From assembly GCF_016127575.1 (NCBI RefSeq), contig NZ_CP066018.1, positions 660,001-692,000 on the forward strand: a DNA stretch of 32,000 nucleotides, read 5' to 3'. The translations under genes were made by a program, and so were the position numbers. Below the pieces are notes generated by a model. That model did no database searches, had not been told where the DNA came from, and worked only from the letters and a program-made list of their open reading frames with translations. The stretch comes from Cupriavidus necator (lineage in GTDB: Bacteria > Pseudomonadota > Gammaproteobacteria > Burkholderiales > Burkholderiaceae). Of the stretch, positions 1 through 8,470 are shown piece by piece. Within the stretch, counting starts at the first letter, position 1. Every line of letters begins with the position of its first letter.

Positions 1-45
1 GGGTCATGCTGCGCCTGGCACGCAAACCCGGCAGGACGCGTCGGC

Positions 46-582
46 TCAGGTCCCGGTCTTCCAGCCTTGCCATGGGCGTTCGGCAACGGATTCCGGTGCC
101 GCGTAGTGATGCTTGATCCAGGCATAGGCCGGTCCGAGCGCATTCATGGCGATCACCGCGCCAAGCGCGACAACGGGATCGCCCGGCACCGGGCCGAAGC
201 CGCCGAACAGCGTGGCGAAATACGAGGCAAAGCCAAAGAACATGCCGGGGATGAAGCGCAGCGTGACGAACACGCGAGCGAGATACATCATCGAAGCGTT
301 GAGCGCGAACAGGATCACCATCTCCGCCACGATCAGCGCTGGCCCGGAGAACTGCTCGGCCGCCTGGCGGAAGCAAAGCACGATGACAAAGGCAAAGAGC
401 GAGCCCACCGGCAGTGTCGGCCAGATCTTCTTCAGGTTCTCCGGCGTGGGGCCGCCCATGGCAAAGGTCGCGGCCCAGCTAATGAAGATGGCCCATGGCG
501 GCAGGTGCGAGGCATGCGCGGCGATGGGAACGGTGGTGATGGCAAGCAGTGAAGCCACGACTTCGGCGGGCAGCTTTCTCAT
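46..582 (-). CDS. DUF1097 (YcdZ-like) inner-membrane protein
   Basis: 178-aa ORF with 4-5 hydrophobic helices and Gly/Ala/Phe-rich composition resembling E. coli YcdZ. AAGGAG lies 5 nt upstream of the ATG at 582. It sits 37 nt downstream of the amidohydrolase, so it is probably co-transcribed. Confidence 0.6.
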   Translation of the reverse strand: MRKLPAEVVASLLAITTVPIAAHASHLPPWAIFISWAATFAMGGPTPENLKKIWPTLPVGSLFAFVIVLCFRQAAEQFSGPALIVAEMVILFALNASMMYLARVFVTLRFIPGMFFGFASYFATLFGGFGPVPGDPVVALGAVIAMNALGPAYAWIKHHYAAPESVAERPWQGWKTGT

Positions 583-619
583 GATCGACTCCTTGATGGA
601 CGGGGAACGGGCATTGCGG

Positions 620-1888
620 TCAGTGTGGGCAGCACCGGTGCCGATGGATCTCGCAGCGATGCTGCGTGACTACGGTGATCTTGCCGCGCTTGACCACCCA
701 CAGCCGCGGCGGGATGTCGATCAGCGCATCGGCCACCTGGAAGGTATCGAGCACGACCAGGTCAGCCTGGCGCCCGACCTTGAGGCCATAGGTGTCGTGC
801 AGGCCGATCGCGCGCGCGGCGTTGTGCGTGCCCATGTCGAGCACCGCGAGCTGGTGCTCGGGCACGCCGAACTGGGCCACGTGCGCCAGCATGTTGCCGA
901 TCTGCAGCATGTCGGCCTTGCCGAACGGCGTGAAGGCGTTGCGGATATTGTTCGAGGAATACGCCACGTTGACGCCGCCGCTGTGCAGGGCCTTCACCGG
1001 CGCCAGCCCGCGGCGCTGGTTCTGGACGTCCTTGCGGCCGCCGAGATAGAGATCGGTGGCGGGCAGCGTGACGATGCTGATGCCGGCCTCGCGGATCTGC
1101 TCGATCAGCGGCTGCAGCTGCGCCGCGTCAAGCGCGCCCAGGCTCGTGACATGGCCCAGCGACACGCGCCCCTGGTAGCCGGCTTCGATGGTCTTCTGCG
1201 CGATATATGACACTGCGGCAAAGCGCTGGTCGCCGGTGTCGTCGGCAAAATCGGCATGCATGTCGACCGGCGCGTCATAGCGTTGCGCCAGTTCGAAGAC
1301 CATGTCGATATGGCGCATGGTGTCGGCCCAGCTCAGCTCGTTGTACGGGCAGCCGCCGACCACATCGGCGCCCATGTCCATGGCTTCTGTCAGCAGCTCG
1401 CGGGTGCCCTGCGATTTCAGGATGCCCTCTTGCGGGAAGGCCACGATCTGCAGGTCGAGCAGATCGTGGTACTCCGATTTCAGTTCAAGCAGCGTCTCCA
1501 CCCCGATCAGCCCCTGGATCAGGTCGACATCGGGATGCGCGCGGATCGCCACCGTGCCGTTCCTGACCGCCATGTCCAGCACCTGGCGCGAGCGGTCCAG
1601 CACATCCTGGCGCTGCTGCTTGCTTTTCAGGATGCCGGTGACGCGGATGGCTTCGTCCAGCGTGCCGAAGCGTGCCGGCAGGCGGCGGTGCAGCAGAGCC
1701 TTGTCCAGGTGCAGGTGCGCTTCGACCAGCCCCGGGATGACCGCGCGGCCGCCGGTCTCGATCACTTCATGCGCCGGCACGTCGATGCCGGGCTCGATGG
1801 CGGCGATGCGGCCGTCGCGGATGGCGATATCGGTCAGGGGCGCGTCGTCGCGTACACAGGCGTCCCGGATCAGCAGGTCCAGCTGCAT
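620..1888 (-). CDS. Metal-dependent amidohydrolase, cytosine deaminase-like
   Basis: 422 aa. The N-terminus (DIAIRDGRIAAIEP...GGRAVIPGLVEAHLHLDKALL) matches the CodA-type beta-barrel plus HxH metal motif. GAGGAGA RBS lies 6 nt upstream of the ATG. Confidence 0.75.
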   Translation of the reverse strand: MQLDLLIRDACVRDDAPLTDIAIRDGRIAAIEPGIDVPAHEVIETGGRAVIPGLVEAHLHLDKALLHRRLPARFGTLDEAIRVTGILKSKQQRQDVLDRSRQVLDMAVRNGTVAIRAHPDVDLIQGLIGVETLLELKSEYHDLLDLQIVAFPQEGILKSQGTRELLTEAMDMGADVVGGCPYNELSWADTMRHIDMVFELAQRYDAPVDMHADFADDTGDQRFAAVSYIAQKTIEAGYQGRVSLGHVTSLGALDAAQLQPLIEQIREAGISIVTLPATDLYLGGRKDVQNQRRGLAPVKALHSGGVNVAYSSNNIRNAFTPFGKADMLQIGNMLAHVAQFGVPEHQLAVLDMGTHNAARAIGLHDTYGLKVGRQADLVVLDTFQVADALIDIPPRLWVVKRGKITVVTQHRCEIHRHRCCPH

Positions 1889-2023
1889 GGCTTGTCTCCT
1901 CAGGTCTTGTTATGCAGGCGAAGTCAGGGCTTCGCTACCTGAAGCGTAGGTGCCGGGGCGGCATCACTACATCAGGATTGGCTGAATTCGACCTAAGGAT
2001 TTTCCTAGACGCACCGCAGCAGA

Positions 2024-2674
2024 CTAGGCCGCGTCCCCGGCTTCGGCGAGCAGGCCGTGGCGGATGGCGTAGTGCACCAGCCCGGCCGTCGAAGCGATAT
2101 CCATCTTGCCGAGAATGTTGGCCTTGTGGGTGCTTACCGTCTTGGCGCTGAGCGACAGCGCCGCGGCGACCTCGTTGATGCCCAGCCCCTCGGCCAGCAT
2201 CTGGAACACCTGCAGTTCACGCGCCGTCAGGCGTGCATGCGGCAACATGGCATCGGGCTGCCGGGCCTGGCTGAGGAGCTTGTCGGCAATCGCCGGCGAG
2301 ACCGCGGTACCGCCGCGCGCCACCTTGCGGATGGCACCGAGCAGCTGGTCGGACTCCACATTCTTGGTCAGGTAGCCAGCCGCGCCCGCGCGGATAGCCT
2401 GCACCGCATATTGCGACTCGCGGTACATGCTCAGCACCAGGATCGGTAGCGCCGGATAGCCGGCCCGTATCTGCTGGATCAGCAGGATGCCGCTGCGCCC
2501 CGGCATCGACATGTCCAGCAACAGCACGTCCGGCGTCTGCGCGCGCAGCAGCGCCAACACTTCGCAGCCGTCGGCGGCTTCGGCCACCACCTGCATGTCG
2601 GGCACGGTGGAGAAGATCTTCTTGAGCCCGTCGCGGATGATGGTGTGGTCGTCGGCAAGCATCAGGCGGATCAT
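2024..2674 (-). CDS. NarL/FixJ (LuxR-type) response regulator
   Basis: MIRLMLADDHTIIRDGL receiver start, DMSMPGRSG phospho-acceptor region and a C-terminal LTARELQVFQMLAEGLGINEVAAALSLSAKTVSTHKANILGKM LuxR HTH. The start overlaps the kinase stop (ATGA at 2671-2674). The longer track ORF to 3061 is an artefactual extension. Confidence 0.9.
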   Translation of the reverse strand: MIRLMLADDHTIIRDGLKKIFSTVPDMQVVAEAADGCEVLALLRAQTPDVLLLDMSMPGRSGILLIQQIRAGYPALPILVLSMYRESQYAVQAIRAGAAGYLTKNVESDQLLGAIRKVARGGTAVSPAIADKLLSQARQPDAMLPHARLTARELQVFQMLAEGLGINEVAAALSLSAKTVSTHKANILGKMDIASTAGLVHYAIRHGLLAEAGDAA

Positions 2675-3738
2675 CTTGCGCCTCCGTTGCCGGCAGTGCC
2701 GGCATTGGGGATCTGCGCCTCGACCCGGGTGCCGCCGCCCTTCTCGCTGGTTACCGCCAGCTTGCCGCCCAGCATCAGCGCACGCTCGCGCATCCCCAGC
2801 AAACCCAGGCTGCGGCGATGCCCGGCCCTGGACGCATCGATGCCGCGGCCGTTGTCGGCAACCACCAGCCGCAAGGTCCCGCCGGCCGCGCTCAGCTCCA
2901 CCCGCACGCGATCGGCGCGGCCATGGCGGCAGGCATTGGTCAGCGCTTCCTGCGCGATGCGAAAGACCGCGGTGCTGAGTTCGGCGCTGAGCTCGCCGAC
3001 GGGCTGCAGCGCCAGCTCGCAGGCGATGCCGCCGCGCTCGGAAAAAGACTCGGCCAGCCACTCGATCGCCGCGGTCAGCCCCAGCTCATCCAGCAGCGGC
3101 GGGCGCAGGTCTGCCGCGATGCGCTGCACCGCGTCCACCGTCGAATCCGCGATCTGCTTGAGCATCTGCAAATGCTTGCGGCACGCGTCGCCGGCATCGG
3201 GGCCCTGCTGCGCTTCGATAAAGCTGAGTCCCAGGCGCAATGCCGTCAGGGACTGCCCAAGCTCATCGTGCAGCTCGCGTGAGATCCGGGTGCGCTCCGC
3301 CTCGCGCACGGACTGCAGGTAGGCGGACAGCTCACGCAGCTGCGCGCGCGATTCCAGCAGCTCCTGCTCGGAGCGCTTGCGGTCGGTAATGTCGCGCGAG
3401 ATGCCAACCGTGCCGACGACCGCGCCGTCCTGGCCCCGAATCGGCATCTTGATGGTATCGAACCAGCGCAGGCTGCCGTCCTGGCCGTGACGGCATTCCT
3501 CATAACGCCGGCGGATGCCGCTGGCCACCACCGCCTTGTCGGTGTCCAGGTAGACCTGTCCCCATTCCTCCGACCACACCTTGTCCGGCGTGCTGCCCAG
3601 AATCTCGGCCTCGGACCGCCCGCATGCGGCCATGAAGGCGTCATTGACCAGGACGTAGCGGGAGCCGACGTCCTTCAGCCAGGCCTGGTCGGGTATGTTG
3701 TTCAGTATGGCCCGCTGCAGGTCGACATACGTATCCAT
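2671..3738 (-). CDS. Cytoplasmic PAS-domain sensor histidine kinase (HisKA_3/HATPase_c)
   Basis: PAS block (NNIPDQAWLKD...VGISRDITDRKRSEQEL), H-box RISRELHDELGQSLTAL and G-box ADNGRGI...GLLGMRERA. No TM helices. I chose the ATG at 3738 (MDTYVDL) because AAGGAG lies 5 nt upstream; the track ORF begins at 3795. Confidence 0.85.
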   Translation of the reverse strand: MDTYVDLQRAILNNIPDQAWLKDVGSRYVLVNDAFMAACGRSEAEILGSTPDKVWSEEWGQVYLDTDKAVVASGIRRRYEECRHGQDGSLRWFDTIKMPIRGQDGAVVGTVGISRDITDRKRSEQELLESRAQLRELSAYLQSVREAERTRISRELHDELGQSLTALRLGLSFIEAQQGPDAGDACRKHLQMLKQIADSTVDAVQRIAADLRPPLLDELGLTAAIEWLAESFSERGGIACELALQPVGELSAELSTAVFRIAQEALTNACRHGRADRVRVELSAAGGTLRLVVADNGRGIDASRAGHRRSLGLLGMRERALMLGGKLAVTSEKGGGTRVEAQIPNAGTAGNGGAR

Positions 3739-4150
3739 GACTTCTCCTTGCCGGGCCCTTGCCTTGTCGGCGGGCGCCCGATTCATGACAGACAAGTATC
3801 AGTTCATGCCTTGCACTCTTCAGACGGCATGGCCTGCCTGCAGCCCCTCGGACTATAGCCAGTAACCGGCGGCAATGCGCCTGTCGTTTTCCTCAATGGC
3901 GGGACGAAAGCGAACGGAAGTCCGGATGACAGAGCCTTGCGGCATGATGCCGATCACGGGGCTGTTGGGCGGTTCTTGCGTTCCAGTGGCGTGAGACTTC
4001 TGACCCAGATTTAAGGCAAGCCTTATTTCTGCCGGAATGCGCCACACCTATCGTAGTAGCGTAACTTCAACCGGCATGCCGGAAAGCCGGACGGCCGGCC
4101 CACAACCTGGCCGTTTGTGCATGCGCGCATGCCATCACGGCGAACCTGCC

Positions 4151-5164
4151 ATGAACCGAAAGCAATTAATCAGCGCCCTGCGCCACTGGCTGGTGGTACT
4201 TGCATCCCTTGCGGTCCCGCATTTCGCTCAAGCGGCCTGCAGCGCCACGCCGGCGATGCCATATCTGCAAACACTGAGCGACATGGCTGTCGCCGCCAAC
4301 CTTGCCGTCGGCAGCACCATTCCCGGCACGGTGCACTACTACACATTCAGCGGCACTTGCACCTACGTGCCACCAGCGGTTGTGGCCGGCGCTCCTATCA
4401 TCTCCTGCTACTATGGCAACGGCACCGAGGTCATGCCGGGCGTGTACTCCACCGGCGTCCCCGGCATCGGCATCCGGCTGCGCAATGCAGCGGGCCAGCC
4501 CATGACCAATGCAGCCGGTGTGAAATGCGATACTCGCAGCGCGAACCTTGGTTACCTGGACGCCAGCCTGAACTATTCCGTGTCGGTATCAGTGGAATTT
4601 GTGAAGACCGGGCCGATCATCTCAGGCAGTCTCGATCCTGCCCAGACCCGATTCGGCTTCGGCGTCTATGACGGCAGCACGGCGGGGGGACTGGGTGGCA
4701 CCAGCAACTACATCGGCCTCAGCGGCAACGTGACACCGCGGGAAATTTCCTGCAACAGTACCTACCCCCCGGTGGTGAACCTGCCAGCAATCAGCGCACT
4801 CACGCTCGCAAACCAGGGGGTGGGTGGCAACACGCCTTTCGCCATCCAGCTGACCTGCAGTGGCGGAGCCATTGTCGGCATGACGCTGGACGCGGCCGCG
4901 GGTACGCCGGTGGCCTCGGCCGGAGCCGGCATCCTCGGCATCACCAATGCCGGGACGGGCGGCATGGCCAGCGGCGCAGGCGTGCAGATCGTCAATGCGA
5001 GCGGCACCGAGCCTGTACCCCTGCAGGTGCGCAATGCGATGGGCAACATCACGGCCAACGTCCCCGCCACATACCGCTTCGGCGCGCGCTACATCGGCCT
5101 TGGCGGCACGCCCTCCCCGGGGACGGTATCAAGCGCGATGATCTTTACCATGGATTATCAGTAG
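4151..5164 (+). CDS. Orphan type-1-fimbria-like two-domain adhesin/pilin protein
   Basis: Sec signal peptide MNRKQLISALRHWLVVLASLAVPHFAQA. The C-terminal pilin-like domain has a Cys pair (ISCNS...QLTCSG) and the typical terminal strand ...MIFTMDYQ. The N-terminal ~180 aa form an extra domain. GC3 is visibly lower than in neighbouring genes. Confidence 0.6.
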   Translation: MNRKQLISALRHWLVVLASLAVPHFAQAACSATPAMPYLQTLSDMAVAANLAVGSTIPGTVHYYTFSGTCTYVPPAVVAGAPIISCYYGNGTEVMPGVYSTGVPGIGIRLRNAAGQPMTNAAGVKCDTRSANLGYLDASLNYSVSVSVEFVKTGPIISGSLDPAQTRFGFGVYDGSTAGGLGGTSNYIGLSGNVTPREISCNSTYPPVVNLPAISALTLANQGVGGNTPFAIQLTCSGGAIVGMTLDAAAGTPVASAGAGILGITNAGTGGMASGAGVQIVNASGTEPVPLQVRNAMGNITANVPATYRFGARYIGLGGTPSPGTVSSAMIFTMDYQ

Positions 5165-5228
5165 CGCGCACGGAAGCCGCACGGCGAAGGACTACAATAG
5201 GCGGTTGCAGTCCTTGAAGGCTTTCGCC

Positions 5229-5630
5229 ATGTCTGACCATCCCCGCTTCACCATCAACCGTTCCATGGTCGCGCTGGTCCCGGAACAGCCGTTCCTGGAC
5301 TGGATCCAGGCGGTCGATCCCCAGCCGGTGGCCGGCCTCACGCTAGAGCAGGTGCGCGAGGACCAGAGCGTGTTTCTGCTGCCGGAAGAGCTGGCCGATA
5401 CGCACGACAACGCCTTGCGCTGGGTCGAGAAGCGCTGGCAGGAATTCTTTGAATTCATGCTGGGCGAGTGGTTCGATGACTCGATGTGGCCCGAGGAACT
5501 GTCGCTGCAGATGTTCCGCGAGTGGTTCAGCGTGCGCTACCACTCGATGGTGTTCGACATGGCGCCTGACGTGCCGGTCATGCACGATGACTGGGACGAC
5601 GAAGACGACGCATCCGAGATGCTGCACTAG
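5229..5630 (+). CDS. Hypothetical small cytoplasmic protein with an acidic C-terminal tail
   Basis: 133-aa ORF with genome-typical high GC3. GAAGG lies about 9 nt upstream of the ATG at 5229. Trp/Phe/Glu-rich, ending DDWDDEDDASEMLH. I recognise no family. Confidence 0.55.
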   Translation: MSDHPRFTINRSMVALVPEQPFLDWIQAVDPQPVAGLTLEQVREDQSVFLLPEELADTHDNALRWVEKRWQEFFEFMLGEWFDDSMWPEELSLQMFREWFSVRYHSMVFDMAPDVPVMHDDWDDEDDASEMLH

Positions 5631-5645
5631 GAACAAGGATCAGGA

Positions 5646-5676
5646 ACCCGGCCGGCAGCGCGCCGGCCCGGGTTTC
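5646..5676. terminator. GC-rich hairpin between convergent genes, a candidate bidirectional terminator
   Basis: ACCCGGCCGGC (5646-5656), loop AGCGC, then GCCGGCCCGGGT (5662-5673). This is an 11-12 bp stem with one bulge, followed by TTT on the + strand and TTCC on the - strand. The U-tracts are weak. Confidence 0.45.
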
Positions 5677-5694
5677 GGCGTCGCCAGCGACACC

Positions 5695-6189
5695 TCAGAG
5701 GAAGCGGTCGAGGATCTTGCGGCTGTGCTTGTCCAGCGCCGTCAGGTCGCGGATCAGGTAGTGGATGCCGTGCGTGTCCGATATCAGCAGCGTGCTGCCG
5801 GCCAGGCGCCGGATTGCCTCTTCGCCGCGCAGCACCAGCTCGGTCTTGCCGCGATCGGTCTGCACCGTCCACACGCTGGGCGTGGCGTAGGTCGACACGC
5901 TGACGATACGCTGGATCTCCGGCATGAACTCGCGCGAGGCGAGTTCCGCTTCGATCATGTCGCGCTCTGCCTGCGGCACATCCTCCAGCCGCGGAATCCA
6001 CACCACCTCATGCCCGTCGGTGCTCATCAGGCCGATGCCGCCCTGCGGCGCGGAAATCGGGAAGGCGCGCACCGGCACCACGCCTTCGTGGACGGTGCCG
6101 TCTTCGGCGATCAGGACCAGGCGGCCAAAACGATTGCGATCTAGCGTAAACATGGGTGTCGGCGTGGTGGCGGGAACGTCATTGGGCAT
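5695..6189 (-). CDS. DUF1854 family protein (cyanophycin-locus associated)
   Basis: The core FTLDRNRFGRLVLIAEDGTVHEGVVPVRAFPIS...LLISDTHGIHYLIRDLTALDKHSRKILDRFL matches my memory of DUF1854. GGAGG lies 6 nt upstream of the ATG at 6189, which overlaps the ABC gene stop by 11 nt. An alternative ATG lies at 6153. Confidence 0.75.
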   Translation of the reverse strand: MPNDVPATTPTPMFTLDRNRFGRLVLIAEDGTVHEGVVPVRAFPISAPQGGIGLMSTDGHEVVWIPRLEDVPQAERDMIEAELASREFMPEIQRIVSVSTYATPSVWTVQTDRGKTELVLRGEEAIRRLAGSTLLISDTHGIHYLIRDLTALDKHSRKILDRFL

Positions 6190-8470
6190 TGGCGGCCTCC
6201 GGCGTTTCGATCGCTTCGTCTTCGCCGTCCTCAGTGTCGACATTGCGCGCCTGCGCCTGGTACAGCTTGTAGTATGCGCCTTCGCGCAACAGCAGCTCAT
6301 CATGGCTGCCGACTTCGACGATCTGGCCGCGGTCCATCACCACCAGCCGGTCGGCCTTGCGCAGTGTCGACAGGCGGTGCGCGATGGCGATGGTGGTGCG
6401 GCCCTGCACCAGGTTGTCGAGCGCCTTCTGGATTTCCTTCTCGGTGGCGGTGTCGACCGACGAGGTGGCCTCGTCCATGATCAGGATGCGCGGGTTGATC
6501 AGCAGCGCGCGCGCGATCGAGATGCGCTGGCGCTCGCCGCCTGACAGCGCCTGGCCACGCTCACCGACCAGCGAGTCATAGCCGTGCGGCAGGCGCAGGA
6601 TGAACTCGTGCGCATGCGCGGCGCGCGCGGCGGCGATGATCTCCTCGCGCGTGGCGTCGGGCTTGCCATAGGCAATATTGTCGGCAATCGTGCCGAAGAA
6701 CAGGAACGGCTCCTGCAGCACCAGGCCGATATGGCGGCGGTACTCCGACACCGGCAGCGAGCGGATATCGACGCCGTCGACGCGGATCGCGCCCTCGGAA
6801 ACATCGTAGAAACGGCAGATCAGGTTGACCAGCGTGCTCTTGCCCGAGCCGCTGTGCCCCACCAGGCCAATCATCTCGCCCGGCTCGATCGACAGGTTCA
6901 GCCCGCGGATCACCGCGCGGTTGCCGTAGCGGAAGCCCAGGTCGCTCATGTCGATGGCGCCTTCGACCTTGTCCAGCTTCGCCGGGCGCACCGGCTCCGG
7001 CACGCTCGAGACATGGTCGAGGATGTCGAAGATGCGCTTGGCGCCGGCAGCGGCCTTCTGCGTCACCGAGACGATCCGGCTCATCGAATCCAGGCGGGTA
7101 TAGAAGCGGCTGATATAGGTCAGGAACGCCACCAGCACACCCACCGTGATGGCGCTGTGCGACACCTGCCAGATGCCGAACACCCACACGATCAGCAGGC
7201 CGATCTCGGTCAGCAGGGTGACCGTCGGCGTGAACAGCGACCATACCGCGTTGACGCGGTCGTTGATCGCCAGGTTGTGCTTGTTGGCCTCGCGGAAGCG
7301 CGACACCTCACGCTTTTCCTGGGCAAAGGCCTTGACCACGCGGATGCCGGGGATGGTATCGGCCAGCACATTGGTGATCTCGGACCAGATCCGGTCGATC
7401 TTCTCGAAGCCGTGGCGCAGGCGGTCGCGCACCAGGTGGATCATCCAGGCGATGAACGGCAGCGGCACCAGCGTGACCAATGCCAGCCACGGGTTGATCG
7501 ACACCAGGATCACCGCCGTCATGAGGATCATCAGCACGTCGGTGGCAAAGTCCAGCAGGTGCAGCGACAGGAAGACGCAGATGCGGTCGCTTTCCGAGCC
7601 GATGCGCGCCATCAGATCGCCGGTGCGCTTGCCGCCGAAGTATTCCAGCGACAGCTTTAGCAGATGTTCGTACGTAGTAGTGCGCAGATCGGCGCCGATA
7701 CGCTCCGATACGCGCGCGAGCAGGTAAGTGCGCGCCCACCCCAGCGACCAGGCCACCAGCGCCGCCCCCAGCAATCCCGCGAGGTACAGACGCACCAGCC
7801 CGTAGTCGATCGGCACCCCGTTCTGGAACGGGATCAGCACCTTGTCCATCAGCGGCATGGTCAGGTACGGCGGCACCAGCGTGGCCGCGGTGGACAGCAG
7901 CGTCAGCAGGAAGCCCGCCAGCAGCTGCCACTGGTACGGCCGGGCAAAGCGCCACAGGCGCAGCAGCGCCCAGGTCGACGGCGGGGTTTCCAGCTCCCGG
8001 CTGCATTGGGGGCACTGTTCCTCGTCCGGCGGCAGCGGCGCCTTGCAGGTCGGGCACAGCACTTCGCCCGCCCCGCCCGCCGGGCGCGCGCCGGCGGCAT
8101 CGCGCTGGAATTCGAACTGGTCGGCCAGCCGCAGCGCGGCCGGATTGTAACCAAGCGTGTATCGCCAGCTCGCCAGCCGGCCTTCTGGACCGCTCAGTTC
8201 CAGCGCGCCCACGCCCGCGTGGTCGGTGTGCGACAGGCGCAGGGAGGTCCCGATGTTCCATTCCCGCACATTTTTTTCACCGGGAGCCCGGGCAACGATG
8301 CGCTGGTCGGTCACAACCAGCCACCCTTGGGTAAAATGCAGCTTCGCGTCGAGGTCCAGAGCCAGTCCGGCCAGGACGGTCTCGCCGGGTCGGAGCCACG
8401 ATCCGGATTCGGTACGCCAGGGCTCGTCGGCAGCAGGGGCGGTAGGGACAGGCAGGGAGGACTGGGTCAT
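6179..8470 (-). CDS. Fused ABC exporter (TMD-NBD half-transporter) with an N-terminal PH-like plus zinc-ribbon extension
   Basis: 763 aa from the ATG at 8470. Residues 1-130 are soluble and carry a WLVVTDQRIVARAP PH/GRAM-like strand. CPTC-x13-CPQC spans aa 139-156. A six-helix ABC_membrane domain follows, then Walker A GHSGSGKST, signature LSGGERQR and Walker B ILIMDEATS. The upstream part of the track ORF (to 8599) has non-coding codon usage. Confidence 0.85.
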   Translation of the reverse strand: MTQSSLPVPTAPAADEPWRTESGSWLRPGETVLAGLALDLDAKLHFTQGWLVVTDQRIVARAPGEKNVREWNIGTSLRLSHTDHAGVGALELSGPEGRLASWRYTLGYNPAALRLADQFEFQRDAAGARPAGGAGEVLCPTCKAPLPPDEEQCPQCSRELETPPSTWALLRLWRFARPYQWQLLAGFLLTLLSTAATLVPPYLTMPLMDKVLIPFQNGVPIDYGLVRLYLAGLLGAALVAWSLGWARTYLLARVSERIGADLRTTTYEHLLKLSLEYFGGKRTGDLMARIGSESDRICVFLSLHLLDFATDVLMILMTAVILVSINPWLALVTLVPLPFIAWMIHLVRDRLRHGFEKIDRIWSEITNVLADTIPGIRVVKAFAQEKREVSRFREANKHNLAINDRVNAVWSLFTPTVTLLTEIGLLIVWVFGIWQVSHSAITVGVLVAFLTYISRFYTRLDSMSRIVSVTQKAAAGAKRIFDILDHVSSVPEPVRPAKLDKVEGAIDMSDLGFRYGNRAVIRGLNLSIEPGEMIGLVGHSGSGKSTLVNLICRFYDVSEGAIRVDGVDIRSLPVSEYRRHIGLVLQEPFLFFGTIADNIAYGKPDATREEIIAAARAAHAHEFILRLPHGYDSLVGERGQALSGGERQRISIARALLINPRILIMDEATSSVDTATEKEIQKALDNLVQGRTTIAIAHRLSTLRKADRLVVMDRGQIVEVGSHDELLLREGAYYKLYQAQARNVDTEDGEDEAIETPEAANAQ

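Noticed and set aside
620-1888. The amidohydrolase as the missing isoaspartyl dipeptidase or cyanophycin-catabolic enzyme.
   Set aside because: Its N-terminal region and HxH context resemble the cytosine-deaminase subgroup. It lies about 4 kb from the cph module, separated by an unrelated two-component system and the fimbrial-like gene. It is paired with a DUF1097 membrane protein instead.
1917-1945. Overlapping alternative hairpins (GCGAAG-N6-CTTCGC versus GCTTC-N7-GAAGC) between the response-regulator stop and the amidohydrolase start, considered as an attenuator.
   Set aside because: The stems are only 5-6 bp, with no U-tract and no leader peptide. This is within what chance produces in GC-rich spacers.
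2675-3061. N-terminal extension of the response-regulator ORF (track ORF 2024-3061), and similar extensions of the ABC (to 8599), serS (to 24585), fbpC (to 27271), GltI-like (to 16817) and I78 (to 31628) ORFs.
   Set aside because: The extensions overlap upstream genes or intergenic DNA and have Arg/Ala-rich or low-GC3 composition. Canonical family N-termini with RBSs start at the internal Met codons I used.
3853-4047. 64-aa ORF on the - strand in the long spacer upstream of the fimbrial-like gene.
   Set aside because: GC3 is only about 60% against a much higher genome norm. It uses rare codons (ata, agg, tta, cta), has no RBS and no recognisable motif. It is more likely non-coding regulatory DNA.
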